Positions 42,089 to 53,196 are shown, counted from the stretch's first letter. The stretch is DNA of 64,000 nucleotides from an uncultured delta proteobacterium (GCA_963796055.1 CAWCKH010000003.1:448001-512000), one strand, 5' to 3'. Numbers and translations: made by a program. The notes: generated from the letters alone by a model not told the origin.

Positions 42089-43252
42089 TCAGCTCGCTGT
42101 CCCCTGCCGGCGGTGGATTCGCGGCCGGGTGAGGGGAATCTGCTCCACGACCTCGAGAGTGTAGCTCTCCAGGCCCACGATCTTCTTGGGATTGTTGGTC
42201 AACAGGCGCAGCCGACGCAGGCCCAGGTCCTTGAGGATCTGCGCCCCCACCCCGAACTCGCGGAGCCGGCTCCGGTCCCCCCCGGGCCCGGCCTCCTCCG
42301 CCTGCTGCCGGGTGCAGGCGAGCGAGGACGACGGGCGCACCGCCTTGTGGAGGTAGACCAGCACCCCCCGGCCCGCGTCGGCGATGGCCTTGAAGGCCTG
42401 CTCGAGCTGGCTGCCGCAGTCGCACCCGGCGCTCCCCAGAAGGTCGCCCACGGGACAGGCGCGGTGCACGCGGGTGAGCACCGGCATCGGGCCAGTGATG
42501 TCCCCCTTCACCATGGCGATGTGCACGTCGGAGTCGACGTCGCTCTGGTAGGCGTGGGCCGTCCAGGTGCCCTGGTGCGGGCGGCGGAGCTCGGCGCTCG
42601 CCACCCGCTTCACCAGCCGGTCGTTCTGGAGCCGGTAGCGGATGAGGTCGGCCACGCTGAGGAGCGTGAGCCCGTGCTTCCGTCCGAAGCGTTGCAGCTC
42701 CGCGCGCCGGGCCATGCTGCCGTCGGGGTTCATCACCTCGCAGATGACGCCGGCGGGGAACAGGCCCGCCAGCCGCGCGAGATCGACCGAGCCCTCGGTT
42801 TGCCCGGTGCGGACCAGCACCCCACCCTCGCGGGCCCGGAGCGGGAAGACGTGCCCCGGCCGCACCAGATCGCCCGGCTTGGCCCTGGGGGCGACCGCGG
42901 CCTGGATGGTGCGCGCCCGGTCGGCGGCGGAGATGCCGGTGGTGACGCCGCGGGCGGCCTCGATGGACACGGTGAACGCGGTCCCGAAGGGCGAGGTGTT
43001 GTCCTGGACCATCAAGGGCAGCGCGAGCTGGCGAATCCGGTCCTCGGTCAACGACAGGCAGATGAGGCCCCGGCCGTGGGTGGCCATGAAGTTGATGGCG
43101 GTGGGCGTCACCTTCTCCGCGGCCATCACCAGATCTCCCTCGTTCTCGCGGTCCTCGTCGTCGGTGAGGATGACCATCCGGCCCTTGCGGATGTCGGTGA
43201 TGGCCCGCGCGACCAGGGCGATGCTCCCCACCTCTTCCAGACGCCGTGCCAT
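42089..43252 (-). CDS. ribBA: DHBP synthase fused to an apparently degenerate GTP cyclohydrolase II domain (RibBA/RibBX)
   Basis: [37 protein letters not shown]. The C-terminal domain keeps C..CDC and LLTNNP but lacks QEGRGIGLxNK. Confidence 0.92.
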   Translation of the reverse strand: MARRLEEVGSIALVARAITDIRKGRMVILTDDEDRENEGDLVMAAEKVTPTAINFMATHGRGLICLSLTEDRIRQLALPLMVQDNTSPFGTAFTVSIEAARGVTTGISAADRARTIQAAVAPRAKPGDLVRPGHVFPLRAREGGVLVRTGQTEGSVDLARLAGLFPAGVICEVMNPDGSMARRAELQRFGRKHGLTLLSVADLIRYRLQNDRLVKRVASAELRRPHQGTWTAHAYQSDVDSDVHIAMVKGDITGPMPVLTRVHRACPVGDLLGSAGCDCGSQLEQAFKAIADAGRGVLVYLHKAVRPSSSLACTRQQAEEAGPGGDRSRLREFGVGAQILKDLGLRRLRLLTNNPKKIVGLESYTLEVVEQIPLTRPRIHRRQGTAS

Positions 43253-43908
43253 CAGTCCAATCCGAATCCGGCGGCGCGGAGCATGTCCAGGGTGAGGCCT
43301 TCCGAGGTCGCCGGCCGGCGGGCGTGCGCCGCGTGGAGCCGCGCCACGTACTTGCCGATGACGTCCGCCTCGACGTTGACCCGCTCCCCGATCCGACGCT
43401 CGCCGAGCGTGGTCCTGGCCTGCGTCTCGGGAATGAGCTGCACGCCGAACCGGTCGTCGCCGACGGTGTTCACCGTGAGGCTGACCCCGTCCAGGGTGAC
43501 CGATCCCTTCTCGATGAAGAGCGGGGCGAGCTCCGGGGTGAGGCCGACCTCCAGCACCAGCGATCCGCCCTCCTGGTCCCGGCTGAGGAGGGGGAGCACC
43601 CCGTCCACGTGGCCCAGGACCAGGTGGCCTCCCAGCCGATCGGAGAGGCGGAGGGCGCGCTCCAGATTCACCTGGCACCCTGAGCGCAGCTCGCCCAGGG
43701 TGGTCCGGCGGAGGGTCTCCGGGGCGGCGTCGACCCGGAAGTGGTTCCCCTCGCGCTCCACCACGGTGAGGCAGGCGCCGCTGACGGCGATCGACTCCCC
43801 GAGCGCGAACTCGCTTGCCGGAAGCGCGGTCCGGATCCAGAGAGTGGTCATGGGTCCGGGGAGGACGCGCTCCACGGTGCCCACGTCCTGCACCAGGCCA
43901 GTGAACAT
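43252..43908 (-). CDS. ribE: Riboflavin synthase (alpha chain)
   Basis: [49 protein letters not shown]. Confidence 0.96.
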   Translation of the reverse strand: MFTGLVQDVGTVERVLPGPMTTLWIRTALPASEFALGESIAVSGACLTVVEREGNHFRVDAAPETLRRTTLGELRSGCQVNLERALRLSDRLGGHLVLGHVDGVLPLLSRDQEGGSLVLEVGLTPELAPLFIEKGSVTLDGVSLTVNTVGDDRFGVQLIPETQARTTLGERRIGERVNVEADVIGKYVARLHAAHARRPATSEGLTLDMLRAAGFGLD

Positions 43909-43948
43909 GCTCGCCGGTCGCTTATAAGGCCCTCCGAGCCAACCCGCC

Positions 43949-45868
43949 ATGACCGACACCACCCCCGAGACCCTCCTCGCCGACACCCGTGCCGCCCTGG
44001 CCACCGCCCGCTCCGAGCTGGAGACCCTGCTGGCGGTGACGGGGGCTCGCACCGAGGCCGACACCCTCGGCCCCTACCAGCGTCTGCAGCTGGCGCTCTC
44101 CAACGCGGGGCACCGTGCGGGGCTCCTGTCCGAGGTGCATCCGAACAAGCCGCTGCGGGAGGCGGCCGAGGCCGCGGTCCAGGAGATCAGCGCCTACGCG
44201 ACCGAGCTGTCGCTCCATCGAGGGCTGTACGACGCGCTCGCCTCGGTGAAGGCGGAGGGGCTCGCGCCCGACACCCGGCGGTTCCTGGAGCACACCCTGC
44301 GCGACTTCCGCCGGGCCGGCGTGGACAAGGACGAGCAGACGCGGTCCCGCCTCCGAGAACTGGCCGACCGCGCGGTCCGGCTGGGCCAGGACTTCGACCG
44401 GGCCATCCGCGAGGACGTGCGGAGCGTGTCGCTGCGGCCCGAGCAGCTGGCCGGCCTCCCGGAGGATTACCGGGCCAAGCACAAGCCAGGGCCGGAGGGG
44501 AAGGTGGTCATCACCACCGACTACCCCGACCTGCTCCCCTTCCGGACCTACGCGCGCGATGGCGAGGCACGGCGGCAGCTGTACCTCGAGAACACCTCGC
44601 GGGCGTACCCCGGGAACGAGAAGGTGCTGCGAGACATCCTCGAGGTTCGGGCCGAGCAGGCGCGGCTCCTCGGGATGGCGTCCTGGGCGGACTACGTGAC
44701 CGAGGACAAGATGGCCAAGTCGGGCAGGACGGTGGCCGAGTTCCTGGCCCGGGTGGCGGCGGTGAGCGAGGGCCCGGCGAAGCGCGACGTGGAGCGGCTG
44801 CTCCGGCGCAAGCAGAAGGACGTGCCCTCCGCCACGCGGGTCGAGGACTGGGAGAAGGCGTATTACGAGGAGCGGGTGAAGCAGGAAGAGCTGGGCTTCG
44901 ACTCGCAGTCGGTCCGGCCCTACTTCGAGTTCAACCGGGTGCGCGACGGCCTGCTGACCATCACCTCGCGGCTGTTCGGCATCCGCTACGTCCCGATCAA
45001 GGACCCGGCGGCGTGGCACCCGAAGGTCGAGTCCTACGACGTCTTCCGTGGCGACGAGCGGCTGGGGCGCATCCACCTCGACCTTCACCCGCGGCCGGAC
45101 AAGTACAAGCACGCGGCGCAGTTCCCCATCGTCTCCGGCGTCGCAGCCGTGCAGCTCCCCGAGGGCGCGCTGGTGTGCAACTTCGCCGATCCCGCGGTGC
45201 ACAGCCCGGCCCTGCTCGACCATGACGACGTGGTGACCCTGTTTCACGAGTTCGGGCACCTGATGCACCACGTGCTCGGGGGGCAGCAGCAGTGGCTCGG
45301 ATTCTCGGGCGTGGCGACGGAGTGGGACTTCGTGGAGGCCCCGAGCCAGATGCTCGAGGAGTGGGCCTGGGACCCGGAGACCTTGAAGCTCTTCGCCCGG
45401 CACGTCGAGAGCGACGAGCCCATCCCCGCCGAGCTGGTGCACCGGATGCGGGAGGCGAACGAGTTCGGCAAGGGCGCCCACACCCGGCATCAAGTGTTCT
45501 ACGCCCAGCTTTCGCTGGCACTGCACAGCCAACCGCCGGCGGACATCGACGTCACGCGGACGATGGTGGAGCTGCAGAAGAAGTACAGCCCGTTCCCGTA
45601 CGTGGAGGGCACGCACTTCTTCGCGAGCTTCGGGCATCTCAACGGGTACTCGGCGATGTACTACACGTATCTGTGGTCGCTGGTGATCGCGAAGGACCTG
45701 CTCGGCGAGTTCCAGCGGAACGGCCTGCTCGACGACGCGACCGCGACCCGCTACCGTGACACGGTGCTGGTCCCGGGAGGGAGCAAGGACGCGGCGGATC
45801 TAGTGAAGGACTTCCTCGGGAGACCCTACGGGTTCGAGGCGTTCCAGCAGTGGCTGGAGAAGGTCTGA
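43949..45868 (+). CDS. M3A family metallopeptidase (thimet oligopeptidase-like)
   Basis: LDLHPRPDKY, TLFHEFGHLMH, DFVEAPSQMLEEW, FGHLNGYSAMYYTYLWS. Confidence 0.94.
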   Translation: MTDTTPETLLADTRAALATARSELETLLAVTGARTEADTLGPYQRLQLALSNAGHRAGLLSEVHPNKPLREAAEAAVQEISAYATELSLHRGLYDALASVKAEGLAPDTRRFLEHTLRDFRRAGVDKDEQTRSRLRELADRAVRLGQDFDRAIREDVRSVSLRPEQLAGLPEDYRAKHKPGPEGKVVITTDYPDLLPFRTYARDGEARRQLYLENTSRAYPGNEKVLRDILEVRAEQARLLGMASWADYVTEDKMAKSGRTVAEFLARVAAVSEGPAKRDVERLLRRKQKDVPSATRVEDWEKAYYEERVKQEELGFDSQSVRPYFEFNRVRDGLLTITSRLFGIRYVPIKDPAAWHPKVESYDVFRGDERLGRIHLDLHPRPDKYKHAAQFPIVSGVAAVQLPEGALVCNFADPAVHSPALLDHDDVVTLFHEFGHLMHHVLGGQQQWLGFSGVATEWDFVEAPSQMLEEWAWDPETLKLFARHVESDEPIPAELVHRMREANEFGKGAHTRHQVFYAQLSLALHSQPPADIDVTRTMVELQKKYSPFPYVEGTHFFASFGHLNGYSAMYYTYLWSLVIAKDLLGEFQRNGLLDDATATRYRDTVLVPGGSKDAADLVKDFLGRPYGFEAFQQWLEKV

Positions 45869-45877
45869 GGCGAGCGC

Positions 45878-46330
45878 ATGAACGTCTCTCTCCGTGCTGC
45901 CGTCGACGCCGACTTCGAGGCCTGTCGCCGGACGTACTTCGCGGAGATGGACTGGGTCAACGAGCGCCTGGGCCTGAAGCGAGACGATCAGGAGTCGATG
46001 TTCCGAAAGCTCTGGGATCCCGCCCAGGTATGCATCATCCAGGCGGACGGGGTCGACGTCGGCTGGCTTCAGACCGTCGTGAGCAAGAGCGAGCACATGC
46101 TCGGGCAGATCTTCGTGGATGCTCCGTTCCAGAGAAGAGGCATCGGGACCGAGGTCCTGCGCCGGATCATCGAGGAGGCTTCAGGGCGGGGATTGCCGGT
46201 CCGTCTGGCCGTTGTGAAGTTCAACCCGAGCCGGCGTCTGTACGAGCGCCTCGGGTTCCGCGTCACGCACGAGGACGAGCGCAAAGTCTACATGTCCCGT
46301 GACCCGGACACGGCGCACGACATGCCGTGA
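45878..46330 (+). CDS. GNAT family N-acetyltransferase
   Basis: FQRRGIGT motif A; NPSRRLYERLGF. Confidence 0.88.
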   Translation: MNVSLRAAVDADFEACRRTYFAEMDWVNERLGLKRDDQESMFRKLWDPAQVCIIQADGVDVGWLQTVVSKSEHMLGQIFVDAPFQRRGIGTEVLRRIIEEASGRGLPVRLAVVKFNPSRRLYERLGFRVTHEDERKVYMSRDPDTAHDMP

Positions 46331-46552
46331 CTCCTCGCCACGAGGACAGCGAGTCACCGGGCACCTGTTCGTCATCCGCGGGCTGACGGGCGGCCGCTAG
46401 GCAAGTCTGGGCTCGGAAGGGCGCGCCATTTGCGCGGCGAACATGCCGGGGCGCAATGCATTCGGGATTCAATGCAAAGCCTGCGGCCCTCGGGCCCTTC
46501 CTCGGCCTGCGCATGACCATTGCATCGCGGACCGTTCGAGCGGAGGTAAGCG

Positions 46553-46825
46553 ATGACCATTTTCGCGCTTCTGGGTTGGCAGGTGCTCGGGGTGGTGCTC
46601 GGCGCCGCTATCGCAGTGATCTGGAAGGTCCGTGGCCTCACGGTGATCTCGGGGATCGTCGCGGGCGGCGTCGGCGGGGTAGTGGGCGGACTTCTTGCCA
46701 GGACCCTCTTGCCCGCCGGAACCCTCTTCGAGGTACTGGCCCTGGCCGCCGCCGCCCTGGGCGCGATGGTGGCCCTGTTCATCGTCCGGGCCAGCATCGA
46801 AAGGCAGCGCCAGGGCACCGCTTGA
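46553..46825 (+). CDS. Small membrane protein (GlsB/YeaQ/YmgE-like)
   Basis: GGAGGT RBS; three Gly-rich TM helices (IVAGGVGGVVGG, AALGAMVALFI). Confidence 0.65.
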   Translation: MTIFALLGWQVLGVVLGAAIAVIWKVRGLTVISGIVAGGVGGVVGGLLARTLLPAGTLFEVLALAAAALGAMVALFIVRASIERQRQGTA

Positions 46826-46851
46826 GCTGATGCCCGAGGGCACCCGCCGGG

Positions 46852-48855
46852 TCAGGCCCGGACGTCGATCCGGTTGTCGTAGAACGTGCTGCCGCCACCC
46901 GAGTCGCTCAGCCGCTGCGAGGTGAGCCCGTTCACGTTGCGCGCGTTCCCGGCCTGGATGGAGTGCACCCCCTCTGCGACGGCGATCCCCGTAGGCACCG
47001 CCTCGGTCACCTCGAGCACGAACGAGACCTCACCCTGCGCGTTGAATGCCGTGACCCGCTGCCCGCTGGTGAGGCCGCGCGAGGCCGCGTCTGCGGGCGA
47101 GAGCCGGATCGTCTGTGGGCCCAGCTTCGCCGCCAGCTCATGGCGCTCGGTGAAGGAGGAGTTCAGGCGGTAGAGCGATGGCGCGGTCTGGAGCCGCAGC
47201 GGTAGCCCGTTCGTCTCCAGATCGGAATGGGTCGGCACGTGGCGTGGGAGCGGCTCGTCGAGCTGGTCGTTGCGTAGCTGGATCTTACCGGTCGGCGTGA
47301 ACCAGACGCCGCGCGGGGGGTTCAGCCGGACCGCGCGTCCCGCCGCCAGCGCCTCGCGGTCCACCCCCTCGAACCAGGAGGACGAGGCTCTGGAGAGGAG
47401 GAGGTCGATGTGCTCGTCCGCCGACATCGAGAAGACGTCGTCCTTCAGCCCCAGCGCCCGGGCGAGGGTCTGGATGGTGTCCCAGTTGGACCGCGACTCT
47501 CCCAGCGGCGCGATCACCGGCCGAGTGCGCTGCACGTAGAACTGCCCGTAGCTCCGGTACAGGTCCGCGGTCTCCAGCATCGTCGGCGCGGCCAACACCA
47601 CGTCGGCGTAGAGCGCGGTGTCGGTGAGGAAGCGCTCGTGCACCACGGTGAAGAGGTCCTCGCGCGTCAGGCCCTGCAGCACCGCGTTCTGGTCCGGGGC
47701 GACCGCCGCCGGGTTCGAATTGGCCACGAACAGCGACATCACCCTCGGACCGTCGAGCGTGTTCAGGGCGTGACCGAGCCGGTTCATGTTCACCATGCGG
47801 GTCGGCCCGGGGAGCAGGTCGGGGCGGGTGAACGACGTCATGTCGAACGCCACCGCCGTCCCGGTGCTGGACAGGAAGCCTCCACCGTTCTTCGCCCAGG
47901 CCCCGACGGCAGCGGGCAGGCATAGCAGCGCCCGGGTAGAGATCCCCCCGTTGGCGTAGCGAGAGGGAGCGCCTCCCACGCGGATGAAGGGCGCCCGCGC
48001 ACTGCCGTACTCCCTTGCCAGGAGGACGATGTCCTCGACGGACAGCCCGGTGATGGCGGCGACGCGCTCCGGAGCGTGCTCGGGCAGCACCTGCCGCTCG
48101 AGGTCCGTCCACCCGACGGTCTCGCGCGCGAGAAACTCGCGATCGATGAGCTTCTCCCGGGTCATGACGTGCAGCATCCCGAGCGCGAGCGCCCCGTCCG
48201 AACCCGGTCGCACCAGGAAAACGCGGTCCACGTGCGCTGCCGTCGCTTGACGGTGGGTGTCGATGAGAAACGCGCGACCTCCGGCACGGCGCGCGGCCTT
48301 CACCTGCGAGAGAAAGTGGATGTTCGTGGCCAGCGCGTTGATGCCCCAGAGCACCACCAGATCACTCTGCGCGGCGTCGTCGGGATCCGACCCGGGCGTG
48401 GTGCCCATCACCTGCTCCCATCCGGCGTTCTGCGCCGCGGTGCAGATCGTCCGGTCGAGCAGCGAGGCCCCCAGCTTGTGGAACAGCGGGTCCTGGGCAT
48501 TGCGCTGGATGAGCCCCATGGTACCCGCGTAGGTGTAGGGGAGGATGCACTCGCGGCCGTGCGTGGCGATCAGCGCCTGCCAGCGGTCGGCGACGAGCGC
48601 CGCGGCCTCGTCCCAGGACGCGCGGCGGAACGCCCCCTGCCCCTTCGGCCCGGTGCGGATCAGCGGGGTGAGCAGCCGGCCGGGGGCGTGGACCGTCTTC
48701 TCGAATCCATTCACCTTCGGGCACAGCGCTCCGCGGGTGTAACCGTGCTCGGGGTCACCGCGGACGGACCGGACGCTGCTCCCGTCGGTCTCGACGAGCA
48801 GACCACAGGCGTCAGGACAGTCGAACGGACAGGTCGAGCGGTGCGTCACGAGCAT
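46852..48855 (-). CDS. Molybdopterin (bis-PGD) oxidoreductase of unknown substrate
   Basis: TCPFDCPDACG...LCPK Fe-S motif, SWDEA, YAGTMG, RTIC, PGSDGALALG, NSNP, ERFLTDTALYADVVL. Confidence 0.92.
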   Translation of the reverse strand: MLVTHRSTCPFDCPDACGLLVETDGSSVRSVRGDPEHGYTRGALCPKVNGFEKTVHAPGRLLTPLIRTGPKGQGAFRRASWDEAAALVADRWQALIATHGRECILPYTYAGTMGLIQRNAQDPLFHKLGASLLDRTICTAAQNAGWEQVMGTTPGSDPDDAAQSDLVVLWGINALATNIHFLSQVKAARRAGGRAFLIDTHRQATAAHVDRVFLVRPGSDGALALGMLHVMTREKLIDREFLARETVGWTDLERQVLPEHAPERVAAITGLSVEDIVLLAREYGSARAPFIRVGGAPSRYANGGISTRALLCLPAAVGAWAKNGGGFLSSTGTAVAFDMTSFTRPDLLPGPTRMVNMNRLGHALNTLDGPRVMSLFVANSNPAAVAPDQNAVLQGLTREDLFTVVHERFLTDTALYADVVLAAPTMLETADLYRSYGQFYVQRTRPVIAPLGESRSNWDTIQTLARALGLKDDVFSMSADEHIDLLLSRASSSWFEGVDREALAAGRAVRLNPPRGVWFTPTGKIQLRNDQLDEPLPRHVPTHSDLETNGLPLRLQTAPSLYRLNSSFTERHELAAKLGPQTIRLSPADAASRGLTSGQRVTAFNAQGEVSFVLEVTEAVPTGIAVAEGVHSIQAGNARNVNGLTSQRLSDSGGGSTFYDNRIDVRA

Positions 48856-48928
48856 CGGTTCTCGGAGTGTGCCCGAGCGCCGCTGCCTCTGCCAGACAGA
48901 GGCGTTTCGCAGGGACGAGCACAGCTGC

Positions 48929-49357
48929 TCAGCGCTGCGGAGCGAGGCCTCGAAGGTCCTCATAGCCGCCGTTGGTGAGCACGGTGACGTCCTTCCAGCC
49001 CTCGGCGACCAGCATCTCTGCCGCCCGGCCCGCGCGGCGGCCGCTGGCGCAATAGAGGAGCACCGGCCGGTCCTTCGGGACCTTCCCGTGCTCGCGGGCG
49101 AAGACGCCGCTGGTGTACGGCATCAGCTCCGCACCCTGGACGTACCCGGCAGCCGTCTCGTTTGGCTCGCGCACGTCGAGGAGCGTGAGCTTCCCGGACA
49201 CACGCGCCCTCTCCAGCTCCGCCTTGAACTGCGCCGGCTCCAGCTTCTTGAGCGGGGCCACGGCTGCCGCCCCGTGCGCGCCTGCATCGGCGGAATCCTT
49301 CGCCCACGACGGCGCGGCGGCGATGATGCCCAGAACAGCCAGCCAGCGCGCCCGCAT
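48929..49357 (-). CDS. Exported single-domain rhodanese
   Basis: Signal peptide MRARWLAVLGIIAAAPSWA; LLDVREPNE; active-site loop LYCASGRRA; GGY. Confidence 0.85.
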   Translation of the reverse strand: MRARWLAVLGIIAAAPSWAKDSADAGAHGAAAVAPLKKLEPAQFKAELERARVSGKLTLLDVREPNETAAGYVQGAELMPYTSGVFAREHGKVPKDRPVLLYCASGRRAGRAAEMLVAEGWKDVTVLTNGGYEDLRGLAPQR

Positions 49358-49890
49358 CAGTACGCCTCCACCACGAACGAGCTCTGTTTCACGATGGTGG
49401 AGCCCGCGCCGTCCTCGAGCCGGAGCGCGACCCCGTAGCGCCCGGGGGGCACCCCCAGCGCGGCCTGGACCTGCGAGGTGCACATGCAGCCCTCGCCGCA
49501 CGGCGTGCCCTCGACCGTCTCGAAGAAGTTCACCTGTTCCTGGGTGCGCTGCACGTAGATCGTCGCCTTGGTGCAACAGGCATGGGTCAGGTTGTGCGCC
49601 ACCCAGACACCCGCCTGTTGGGTGCCGAGCTGCACCTCGGTCGCCGACGGCGCCCGGCTCCCCTGGACCATCGGGGGGAATGCCACCGCATCCTGCTCGG
49701 AGGGGTTCGCAGAGTCGGAGCAGCCGATCACCTTCGCCATGGACTGGTCCGGGCCGAGCGGCGGGGGACGCGGGAGCGGGGGCGGCGGTGGAAGCTGCTG
49801 CTGGGCCGTGTCCGCCCCGGGGTCGTACTTCGCCGACTTGCCGCTCGAGCAGGCCACCGCCAGGACGAAAAGTGGAATCAGACGGCGCAT
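49357..49890 (-). CDS. Hypothetical Cys-rich lipoprotein
   Basis: Lipobox AVAC, poly-Pro linker, HACC and PCGEGCMC; stop overlaps the rhodanese ATG. Confidence 0.72.
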   Translation of the reverse strand: MRRLIPLFVLAVACSSGKSAKYDPGADTAQQQLPPPPPLPRPPPLGPDQSMAKVIGCSDSANPSEQDAVAFPPMVQGSRAPSATEVQLGTQQAGVWVAHNLTHACCTKATIYVQRTQEQVNFFETVEGTPCGEGCMCTSQVQAALGVPPGRYGVALRLEDGAGSTIVKQSSFVVEAY

Positions 49891-50224
49891 GGGATGAGAA
49901 CTCTCCGACATGAGCGAATGGCGGTCCATGTGTGTCCTTCCGGGCATACCGATGAAGAAACGTATGGGTGGGAGTCAAACGCAGCGAAACGCCGAAACCT
50001 TCATCATGAATGCGCGTCCAATCGGCACGTCCGTTGCCTAGGACCTTCGACATGCACCGCTCTCATCTCTGCAGCCACTGCCTCCGCCGCCGGATTCTCC
50101 TCTGGGCGAGCGCGTTCTTCGTCACCGTCGGCGCCGCCGGAGCGGCCACCTCGGCCGGGTCACACCCCGCGGTCCGGGGTCAAACCGCCCCAGGGCCAGT
50201 CCAGACCGCGTCGCGCTAGGCCGG

Positions 50225-51394
50225 TCAGGCCGGTCCGAACAGGGCCCGGACCTCGAGGTCCTCGCCCAGCCACCGGACCGACTCGACCCTGACCGAGCGG
50301 GCCCCGGCCATCCGGTCCAGCCCCAGCGGACCGAGCCAGGAGAGCCCGTCACCGCCCACCAGCCTGGGCGCCAGGTGCAACACCAGCGCATCCGCCAGCC
50401 CCGACCGGACGAACGCCGCGAAGACCCTGGGGCCCCCCTCCACCAGCACGTGCAGCACGTCGCGCCGGAGCAGCGCCCGCAGCGCCGCCTCGAGGTCCAC
50501 CTCGCCGGGGCGCCCCGGGACGGCCAGGAGCTCGGCCCCGGCCAGCTCCAGCGAGCCGGCCCGCTCTCCCCCCTGCCCCTCCACGTGCACGAGGAGCGTC
50601 CGCGCGCTGGACGACAGATGGAACAGTTGCCGCCCGGGCGACAGCTGTAGCGCCGAATCCAGCACCACCCGCAGCGGGTCGCGTCCTCCACCCTCGGGAA
50701 GCCGGGTGGTGAGCGATGGGTCGTCCGCCTGCACCGTCCCCGCCCCCACGAGCACCGCGTCGACGACGTTCCGGAGTCGGTGCACCTCGGCCCGGGCCGC
50801 CTCCCCGGTCACCCACCGGCTGTCTCCGGAGGCGGTGGCCAGCTTGCCGTCGAGCGACACCGCCGCCTTCAAGGTCACCCACGGGAGGCCGGTGCGCATC
50901 GCCTTGAAGAAGGGCCGGTTGAGCGCATCCGTCTCCTCGGCGAGCACGCCCGTCCACACCGAGATCCCGAGCTCACGCAGCCGCCGCACCCCGCGCCCGT
51001 CCACCAGCGGATTGGGATCGGCGGAGCCGGCGAACACCCGGGCGACCCCGGCGGCGAGGATGGCCTCGGTGCACGGCGGCGTCCGGCCGAAGTGGTCGCA
51101 CGGCTCCAGCGTGGTGAAGAGGTCCGCGCCTCGGGCCCGGGGCCCGGCGTCGGTGATGGCCCGCACCTCGGCGTGCGGTCCACCGGCCGGCGCGGTGTGA
51201 CCGCGGCCGACGATCTGCCCATCGCGCACCACCACCGCGCCCACCGCGGGGTTGGGGTGGGTGCGGCCCAGGGCGAGACGGGCCTCGGCCAGCGCCTCGC
51301 GCATCCAGGCCTCGGCGCCGGGGGGGAGCTCGTCCCGGCGTTCAGTCTTCGAGCCGCCCGCGGGGTCTCCGCGCGGCGTCGGCGCCGTGTTCAT
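50225..51394 (-). CDS. ribD: Riboflavin biosynthesis deaminase/reductase
   Basis: [49 protein letters not shown]. Start could be 51304. Confidence 0.96.
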   Translation of the reverse strand: MNTAPTPRGDPAGGSKTERRDELPPGAEAWMREALAEARLALGRTHPNPAVGAVVVRDGQIVGRGHTAPAGGPHAEVRAITDAGPRARGADLFTTLEPCDHFGRTPPCTEAILAAGVARVFAGSADPNPLVDGRGVRRLRELGISVWTGVLAEETDALNRPFFKAMRTGLPWVTLKAAVSLDGKLATASGDSRWVTGEAARAEVHRLRNVVDAVLVGAGTVQADDPSLTTRLPEGGGRDPLRVVLDSALQLSPGRQLFHLSSSARTLLVHVEGQGGERAGSLELAGAELLAVPGRPGEVDLEAALRALLRRDVLHVLVEGGPRVFAAFVRSGLADALVLHLAPRLVGGDGLSWLGPLGLDRMAGARSVRVESVRWLGEDLEVRALFGPA

Positions 51395-51839
51395 CGAGTA
51401 GGCCCTTCAGCTCGTCCATGAACTCCTCGATGTCCCGGAAGCTCCGGTACACCGATGCGAAGCGGACGTACGCCACCTGGTCGAGCGCGCGCAACCGGCG
51501 CATCACCTCCTCACCGACGAGGCTGGAAGGGACCTCCTTCTCCCCCCGCTCGAGAATACGTGCTTCCACCTCGGCCACCAGCAGCTCCAGCTGCTCCATC
51601 GACACCGGCCGCTTCTCCACCGCCTTCTGCAGGCCGGAGATGAGCTTCTCCCGGTCGTACGGCTCGCGCCGGCCGTCCTTCTTCACCACCAGCGGCATCA
51701 GCTCCTCCACCCGCTCGTAGGTGGTGAAGCGCTTGTGACAGGCCAGGCACTCGCGCCGGCGCCGGGTCACCGTTCCCTCGGCCGACTCGCGCGAGTCGAG
51801 GACCTTGCTGTCGTCGCGCTTGCAGAAGGGACAGCGCAT
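51342..51839 (-). CDS. nrdR: Transcriptional repressor NrdR
   Basis: [38 protein letters not shown]. Confidence 0.98.
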   Translation of the reverse strand: MRCPFCKRDDSKVLDSRESAEGTVTRRRRECLACHKRFTTYERVEELMPLVVKKDGRREPYDREKLISGLQKAVEKRPVSMEQLELLVAEVEARILERGEKEVPSSLVGEEVMRRLRALDQVAYVRFASVYRSFRDIEEFMDELKGLLDEHGADAARRPRGRLED

Positions 51840-51860
51840 TCAGCTCCTGGTGCCTCGGCA

Positions 51861-53114
51861 CTAAAGCCGCGAGGCGTAGAGCGGGAAGCTCTTCGCCAGC
51901 TCGTGCACCTTTCCCGCCACCCGCGCCAGCACCGCCTCGTCCGTGGGGTGATCCAGCGCCTCGACGATCAGCCCGCCCACCGTGGCCATCTCCGCCTCCT
52001 TCATCCCGCGGGTGGTGAGGGCCGGCGTCCCGATGCGGATGCCCGAGGTGACCATCGGCTTCTCGGGGTCGAAGGCGATCATGTTCTTGTTCACGGTGAT
52101 CGCCGCCTTGCCCAGCACCGCCTCGGCGACCTTTCCAGTGAGCTTCTTCGGGCGGAGATCCACCAGCATGAGATGGGTGTCCGTCCCGCCCGAGACCAGC
52201 CGCAGACCACCCCGCTGCAGCGCCTCGGCCAGCGCCTTGGCGTTGGCCACGATCTGCCGCTGGTAGGCCGCGAATTCCGGCTGGAGCGCCTCGTGCAGGG
52301 CGACGGCCTTCCCGGCGATGACGTGCATCAGCGGCCCGCCCTGGATGCCGGGGAAGATGTTGCTGTTCACGCCCTTGATGAATGGCTCCTTCGCCAGGAC
52401 CATTCCGCCCCGCGGCCCCCGGAGCGTCTTGTGGGTAGTCGTGGTGACCAGCTCGGCCAGCGGGACCGGCGAGGGGTGGAGCCCGGTCGCCACCAGCCCG
52501 GCGATGTGGGCCATGTCCACGACGAGGACGGCTCCGACCGAGTCGGCGATCTCGCGGAAGGCCGCGAACTCGAGCACCCGTGGATAGGCCGAGGCGCCGA
52601 CCACGATGATCTTCGGACGATTCTCGCGGGCGAGCGACTTCACCTGCCCCAGGTCGATTCGCTCCGTCGCGCGGTCCAGCCCGTAATGCACCACCTTGTA
52701 GAGCTTTCCGGAGAAGTTGAGCGACATCCCGTGCGTCAGATGCCCGCCGGAGTTCAGGTCCAGGCTGAGCATCGTGTCGCCCGGCTGCATGACCGACATG
52801 TACGCGGCCATGTTGGCCTGGCTGCCGGAGTGGGCCTGGACGTTGGCCGCCTCGGCGCCGAAGAGCTTCTTCGCCCGCTCGATGGCCAGGGTCTCCACCT
52901 GGTCCACGACCTCGCATCCGCCGTAGTAGCGCTTGCCTGGGTACCCCTCGGCGTACTTGTTGGTCAGGGTCGACCCCACGGCCTCCATCACCGCCGGGCT
53001 GACGAAGTTCTCCGAGGCGATGAGCTCGAGCCCCTCCTCCTGGCGCTCGGTCTCCTTGCGGACCAGGGCGGCGATCTCCGGGTCCACCTGGGCGAGGGTG
53101 CGGGTGTTCTCCAT
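51861..53114 (-). CDS. glyA: Serine hydroxymethyltransferase
   Basis: [53 protein letters not shown]. Confidence 0.98.
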   Translation of the reverse strand: MENTRTLAQVDPEIAALVRKETERQEEGLELIASENFVSPAVMEAVGSTLTNKYAEGYPGKRYYGGCEVVDQVETLAIERAKKLFGAEAANVQAHSGSQANMAAYMSVMQPGDTMLSLDLNSGGHLTHGMSLNFSGKLYKVVHYGLDRATERIDLGQVKSLARENRPKIIVVGASAYPRVLEFAAFREIADSVGAVLVVDMAHIAGLVATGLHPSPVPLAELVTTTTHKTLRGPRGGMVLAKEPFIKGVNSNIFPGIQGGPLMHVIAGKAVALHEALQPEFAAYQRQIVANAKALAEALQRGGLRLVSGGTDTHLMLVDLRPKKLTGKVAEAVLGKAAITVNKNMIAFDPEKPMVTSGIRIGTPALTTRGMKEAEMATVGGLIVEALDHPTDEAVLARVAGKVHELAKSFPLYASRL

Positions 53115-53196
53115 GGCCGGCCTCATAGCAGAGGCCCCGGACGGCTGCCGCCCCGCTCGCAGGCGGCCGTCCAGCAATGCGAGACTCCGGGACCCC

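Noticed and set aside
46457..46477. Inverted repeat TGCATT-N8-AATGCA upstream of the small membrane gene
   Set aside because: Could be an operator, but it is a single short palindrome with no identifiable regulator.
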